Part shown: positions 58,827 through 64,000 of the stretch, piece after piece
Numbering within the stretch: position 1 is the first letter of the stretch
Layout of the letters: each line of letters starts with the position of its first letter
Assembly: GCA_964016885.1 (NCBI GenBank)
Contig: OZ024755.1
Coordinates: 1,178,001-1,242,000, forward strand
Origin: Eledone cirrhosa
Taxonomy: Eukaryota
Reading direction: 5' to 3'
DNA: 64,000 nucleotides
Translations under genes and position numbers: made by a program
Notes under the pieces: model-generated
The model's database searches: none
Told to the model about the DNA's origin: nothing
The model's input: the letters and a program-made list of their open reading frames with translations, nothing else

Positions 58827-60152
58827 TGTGTGTGTAAGTCTGTTATATTTGGAAACACTGGTATCGATTAGTTATCGATCTACATGACACCTCACTGTTC
58901 AAAGAAGGACGAAAAGTTTACGAATCCGAGAAAAGAAACAACTAAACACTTACCTACAAACAACACACATTGAAATACACAAATACATACCTGATAATGT
59001 TCTAGGATTTGGTTTTCCCGACTACTTATATAGATTCTATAGATTCTTATATAGTATCTACCGATACTGCCAATACGAACAAATTAGAATTGTGAAAATA
59101 ACACAAATATTAAGGGAAACAGACTTTTTATATGCTACATAACATTTAATGTAGTACACAGAACAGATGTAATGAAACTGTCGTCTGCCTTTAACCTACG
59201 GACTGTAATTAGCGGATCTGTGGTATAGGTGATCAGTGGTTTATGTGTTACCTGTAGTGAAACGAACTGCGTAGTTTTGTGTGATTTAGAGTGTAATGGG
59301 TTCTCTATACTGTTGCTAGGCTGACTTTCTCGCCATACAGGTTTCATAAAGACCACCACACCGAATGTAGTTCAGTAAACACAACAAAGGATTGCAGGAT
59401 GTTTTCATTTCTGTTTCACTTTATAAGAATGCAAAATGACAGAGTTTATAGACATATTTCGTTATCGAAAATTAAATTTAGTATATGGATTTTGGGGTTT
59501 CTAGCAACCAACTGTCTATGAAAAATAAATTAATGATTTGTTCATTTGTGTTATAAACTCAAAGTTGGCATTCACCCAATTGATCATTCATTCCATTGGG
59601 ATATTGCCAGACTGCAAAATGGCAGAAGAGATATTGAATCTAAAAAGTTTCCTTCTTTATCCTAGCCTAGATTGTTGATATTGGTTCTTGTTTGTAACAT
59701 ACGTTTTTTGTTTTTTCTTTTTCATTATCCCTAACGTATGCCATGGGAATGTCTGATGTTTTTTATTCCAACACTTCATACAATTAAATGACTTTACAGT
59801 TCCATTATGGATGGAGCCAGTTGTTTGGTGTCTAGCAATACTTTATAGATTAATTTAACGATGTTCTGCTATTTTCGGAAGTTAGCACTTAAAAGCCACA
59901 AAGTCTTCACCAAATAACCTTTGTTGAAGATAATGAAAGTCAGTTTTCGGGGCTCGTGTAATCCTCTGAATTTGGTTTAAGGAATATAATGTATGATCCT
60001 GTAAATTCCCCTAGGATAGGGTTTTCCAAAGAGGGTTCCCGAGAAAAAGTTCTGAGGAACGGCAAGATTTAATATATTTTGATAAAGCTTAATACAAAAA
60101 AAAATATATTTTTTATATGAATAAATTCTTTCCAAAACAAATTTGGTTTCAT

Positions 60153-60335
60153 TTAACCCTTTAGCAGTTAATCCGGCCATGTCCGGCCAGAATTCTCTCA
60201 CCGCTCATACCGAGGTTAAGGTATTGTTCTCAAAATAAATATCAAAATCTCGTAGATTCAATATTATGTGAGGTAAAGCCTTTACTGTGAAAATACAATA
60301 GTAAATATAGAGTAATGTGAATGCTAAAGGGTTAA
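60153..60335. mobile_element. TTAA-flanked MITE, same family as 27095
   Basis: TTAACCCTTTAGCA...TGCTAAAGGGTTAA. Confidence 0.8.
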
Positions 60336-61052
60336 TGTCTTATTAAAATTACGATGGTGGGAATTGCTCCTATAATATAGTTATGGGTTCCATGACCTTT
60401 GGAAAATCGTATCAGGGTTCCACAACAAAATATATTTGGGGAGCACTGGTCCAGAAAAATCTCTTTACTGCAAATACAAAGACGAGTTAAGTCCTAGAAA
60501 ATAAAATGACGAATATTTTTGCCACGAGTGGTGAGAATCTAATCTAATATTTGAATATATTCTGCTATAAAAAAAAAATGTTACATATTTTATCTGAGTT
60601 ACCAGGTTTTTTGTTGAAGACTTACTTTATTTAATGTCAAGCTGCCTATCCCTGATTATTTACTCACAGCACGTATCTCATCATGGCGACCATTTACTAT
60701 AGATTTATAGTATATTTCTACTGCAGGGATTTGTTCTTCTTTCATCTGTCTATAAAATTTCTTGTATATATTCATATTTCTAAAACATTGGCTTTTCAAT
60801 CATCTCATGTAAGAACATTTACATAATAATTTGATCAAGTTAGAAACCAAATATCTCCAGTCTTATCTCATCGTTTTTCTTTTGTCTAGTCTTTATATTT
60901 TTCTCTTTTATATATACATTATATATATTATATATTTTGTATACGTACATTAAAATAATAACATCTGAGACCCGGATCTCTCTCTCTCTCTCTCTCTCTT
61001 TCTATATATATATATATATATATAACATCTGAGACACGGATCTCTCTATCTA

Positions 61053-61122
61053 TATATAGTTATGTAATAAACAACATAAGACAATTATAATTGTCTTATG
61101 TTGTTTATTACATAACTATATA
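61053..61122. repeat. Perfect 70-bp palindrome with no spacer
   Basis: TATATAGTTATGTAATAAACAACATAAGACAATTA|TAATTGTCTTATGTTGTTTATTACATAACTATATA. Confidence 0.95.
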
Positions 61123-63680
61123 GCTCTGTAGCCTACATAGAGCACTCTCTTTTCCTGTACCTTTCCTACAGAAACACTTTATATATATATATATATATAT
61201 ATACACACGTGTGTTTATGTTTATATATATATATATATATATATACACGTGTGTTTATGTTTATATATACATATACATATTATATATATATATATAGAGA
61301 GAGAGATAGATTGCTGATAAATTTGTTTTAATCTTGAAGCTTGTTTGATCAAATTTCTCTTTTCCCGAGAGATGTGGGAGGAAAACAACAACAAAAATAA
61401 AAAAGATAAATCAAAGTCAAACAAACAAACAATAAAGATTATCGATAGAATATGAATTAAAAAGCTACGTCAAGTCTCACAAACTTATTGATTAGCAAGA
61501 AATGTAATGAGTAACAAGTGGAATTGACCAATAAGACAGATGTGTGTATAACTCTAACTTAATATAAGGAATAATTATAGTTAAATAGCTCCAGTCAGCT
61601 CGGGTTTTATTCCATATTATATAAGGAGAAGAAATAAGAAATATGTATTTGTTTTCTTTTATTTACTTTTATCAATGGCACCAAGCCAAAAACACTTGCA
61701 ATGTTACAGCAAGACACTTCAGTCAGATGATGTGCCAAAAAATGTTGAGAAATTTTCATAATTAGCAGCCGAGTTCTTCAAAACGTTTCAAATATCATGA
61801 AATAAAATAAGTAATTTATGATATAATGGGAGATACGTCTGTGATTTACTTTGTTTTTCAGGATTGGATATTGGATTTTGTAGGAAGGAGAGTGAATGTT
61901 AAATGATGATGATGATGATATATATATATGGAAGGTTATATTGGTCAAGTGTAGTGAGTATGGCTACACCCCTGACATGACCAAAACCAAATAGGCACAA
62001 GTGGAAATCAACCAGGGAGGGGTTCCTCCAACAGGAGTGAGAAGGCACTGGATCTAGTCTAGATTGGAACTGAATGGTAGACCAGTTTGTGTGATAGGTG
62101 GCGTAACTGTTTATCTCAATAGTGAGAGAATATACATGGGTTTATTTTTCTGGCAACTAAAGACATTTGTTCAAATGATCCATTATTATTAAAGGGGTTT
62201 ATTAGGGACCAGAATAGTATCTTAGACCCACCCTAACCAGAGTTGTGTAGATAAGTGAGGAATGAGAGTCTCCAATTTATCAAGACAGTTTTAATTATTT
62301 TAGAGATATTGATTAGTAGTATCAGAAGTTTATTTAGATTGAGTATTAAGTTAAGATATAAGAATAGACCCAGATCTATATTAGTCAGACATAGAATAGA
62401 TTTGGTAGAGAATAAATGTTTGTGGATAGATTAAAAGATGGCGGTGGGGGCCAGAATGAGACTGAACCGTTTTCCCTATATGGATGGCTTATATGTAGTT
62501 TGATTAGAAGGAATAAAATTCAGTGAAGAAGTATGTTGAAGAGGATGATTAAAAAGAATTTGTCGATGTCTGTGAATTGTGAGGTCTTCTTTGACAACTT
62601 GGCATGACTTTGTAATGGAAGTAATATGATGTAGAGACATTTATCATAAAGTTAATCATTGACAGGCTTTTATATTTATGACAAATGTATGATATCTATT
62701 TGCATTGTTATATATTACTAACAACTCTACAAACATGCATCATTCTGCATTGAATGTGAAATATAGGTTTGTTTTGTAAAGGTGTAAATATGTCAAACTA
62801 AGATCTATATGGTTAAAACTCAGCTCAGTGCCATTTTCTGTTGTTGCCAGATGATGGGAAGTGAATCTTTCCGAAGAAGATAGTGATCTATTGTTTAAAA
62901 AAATAAGCCTTTCTCGTGGTTTGAACTGAAACCAGCATTGCAAGCTTTCAAATCACTCACAAGTTTTACTGTCACTTAGGAACCAAATGTTTTTACAATA
63001 GATGTAACACAATATCAACAGAAGGACACAGACTGTTGACCTTTCAGTTGGTTGTCCAGTGTCTTATTGACAAAGTCATTCCTACATAGCTCTCCATGTT
63101 GGTCAAAATTACTATAAAATGTCAATAAAATATGTTATCTACTGTTCTTCCAACATGCATATTTTATTAATGTTGAAATGGACGCCATATCTGTTGGTTC
63201 TCTGGTTTGTTGCTATCAATGTAATCTTTGTCTTAATTATAGTTTCATGTTTAATCAATGTTTGGCAGTTTTCTGTGTGTTTGGTGTAAATATTTGTTGA
63301 ATGCGAGGAATCAATGTAAGAGGACGGTGTAATGGGATGAGGTGGCATAGAGATTGAAAACAGTTTCATTGCATTTGTGGATTAGCTTTCATATGGTGTG
63401 GGTGGCTAATAAAAATAACGAAACCTAACCAGAAACTATTCACACACTGTTATTAGGGAAAACATTTGCTTTATAAAAAAACCAGATTTGTTCCTTTCAA
63501 TCTGTCAAGGACAGATTGAAAGGAGAATAGAGCAGGATGTATTTGTTAATTTACCTAGACACTCATGTTGGTCTCATAGTCATAGTTTTCTAATGATATA
63601 AGTGATGTGGGTTGGGTTGATTACTTTTACTTGACTTGAATGTTACATCAAGTCACACTCCAGACGGAGGAACACTTAGT

Positions 63681-64000
63681 TTAACCCTTTACCATTTACA
63701 TACTCTATATATACTATTGTATTGTCACAGTAAAGTCTTTACCTCACATAATATCTCACATAACATTTACATTAGTCTATATATACTATTGTATTTTCAC
63801 AGTAAAGGCTTTACCTCACATAATATCTCACATAACATTTACATTACTCTATATATACTATTGTATTGTCACAGTAAAGGCTTTACCTCACATAATATCT
63901 CACATAACATTTACATTACTCTATATATACTATTGTATTGTCACAGTAAAGTCTTTACCTCACATAATATCTCACATAACATTTACATTAGTCTATATAT
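63681..64000. repeat. 72-bp tandem repeat derived from the TTAA-MITE end; runs off the window
   Basis: ATACTATTGT at 63711, 63783, 63855 and 63927; the array starts with TTAACCCTTT and matches about 27095-27170. Confidence 0.9.

Noticed and set aside
59400-59950. Coding-like unique sequence, possible pseudogene
   Set aside because: Multiple stops and no motif I could recognise.
62700-63400. Short minus-strand ORFs, possible transposon remnant
   Set aside because: No recognisable domain or splice structure.

Overview
AT-rich eukaryotic (animal) genomic DNA dominated by (TA)n/(CA)n/(GA)n microsatellites, minisatellites and SINE/LINE/MITE debris. The repeat style suggests an octopod cephalopod (inference). 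Three spliced protein-coding genes can be reconstructed by hand with GT-AG boundaries and consistent intron phases. (1) The 5' end of a reelin gene on the - strand (signal peptide plus Reeler domain; exons 4460-4676, 2219-2450, 915-985; the gene runs off the left edge). (2) A complete two-exon TAF1A-like gene on the + strand (24037-24615, 25869-26741; about 483 aa). (3) A four-coding-exon glycine-rich-domain (GRDP/DUF1399-like) gene on the - strand (42308 to 37063; about 755 aa) ending in a (Gly-Gly-Cys)n tail. Nearly all other ORFs in the track are repeat artefacts. The most unusual signal is a set of short, non-coding, microsatellite-embedded hairpin elements from several unrelated families that carry minimal type I hammerhead ribozyme cores with palindromic stem III (Penelope-pLTR/retrozyme-like). 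One lies sense-oriented in a GRDP intron. Two minisatellites appear to have been amplified from TTAA-MITE termini. No database searches or folding computations were run; homology calls come from recalled motifs, and repeat boundaries are approximate.
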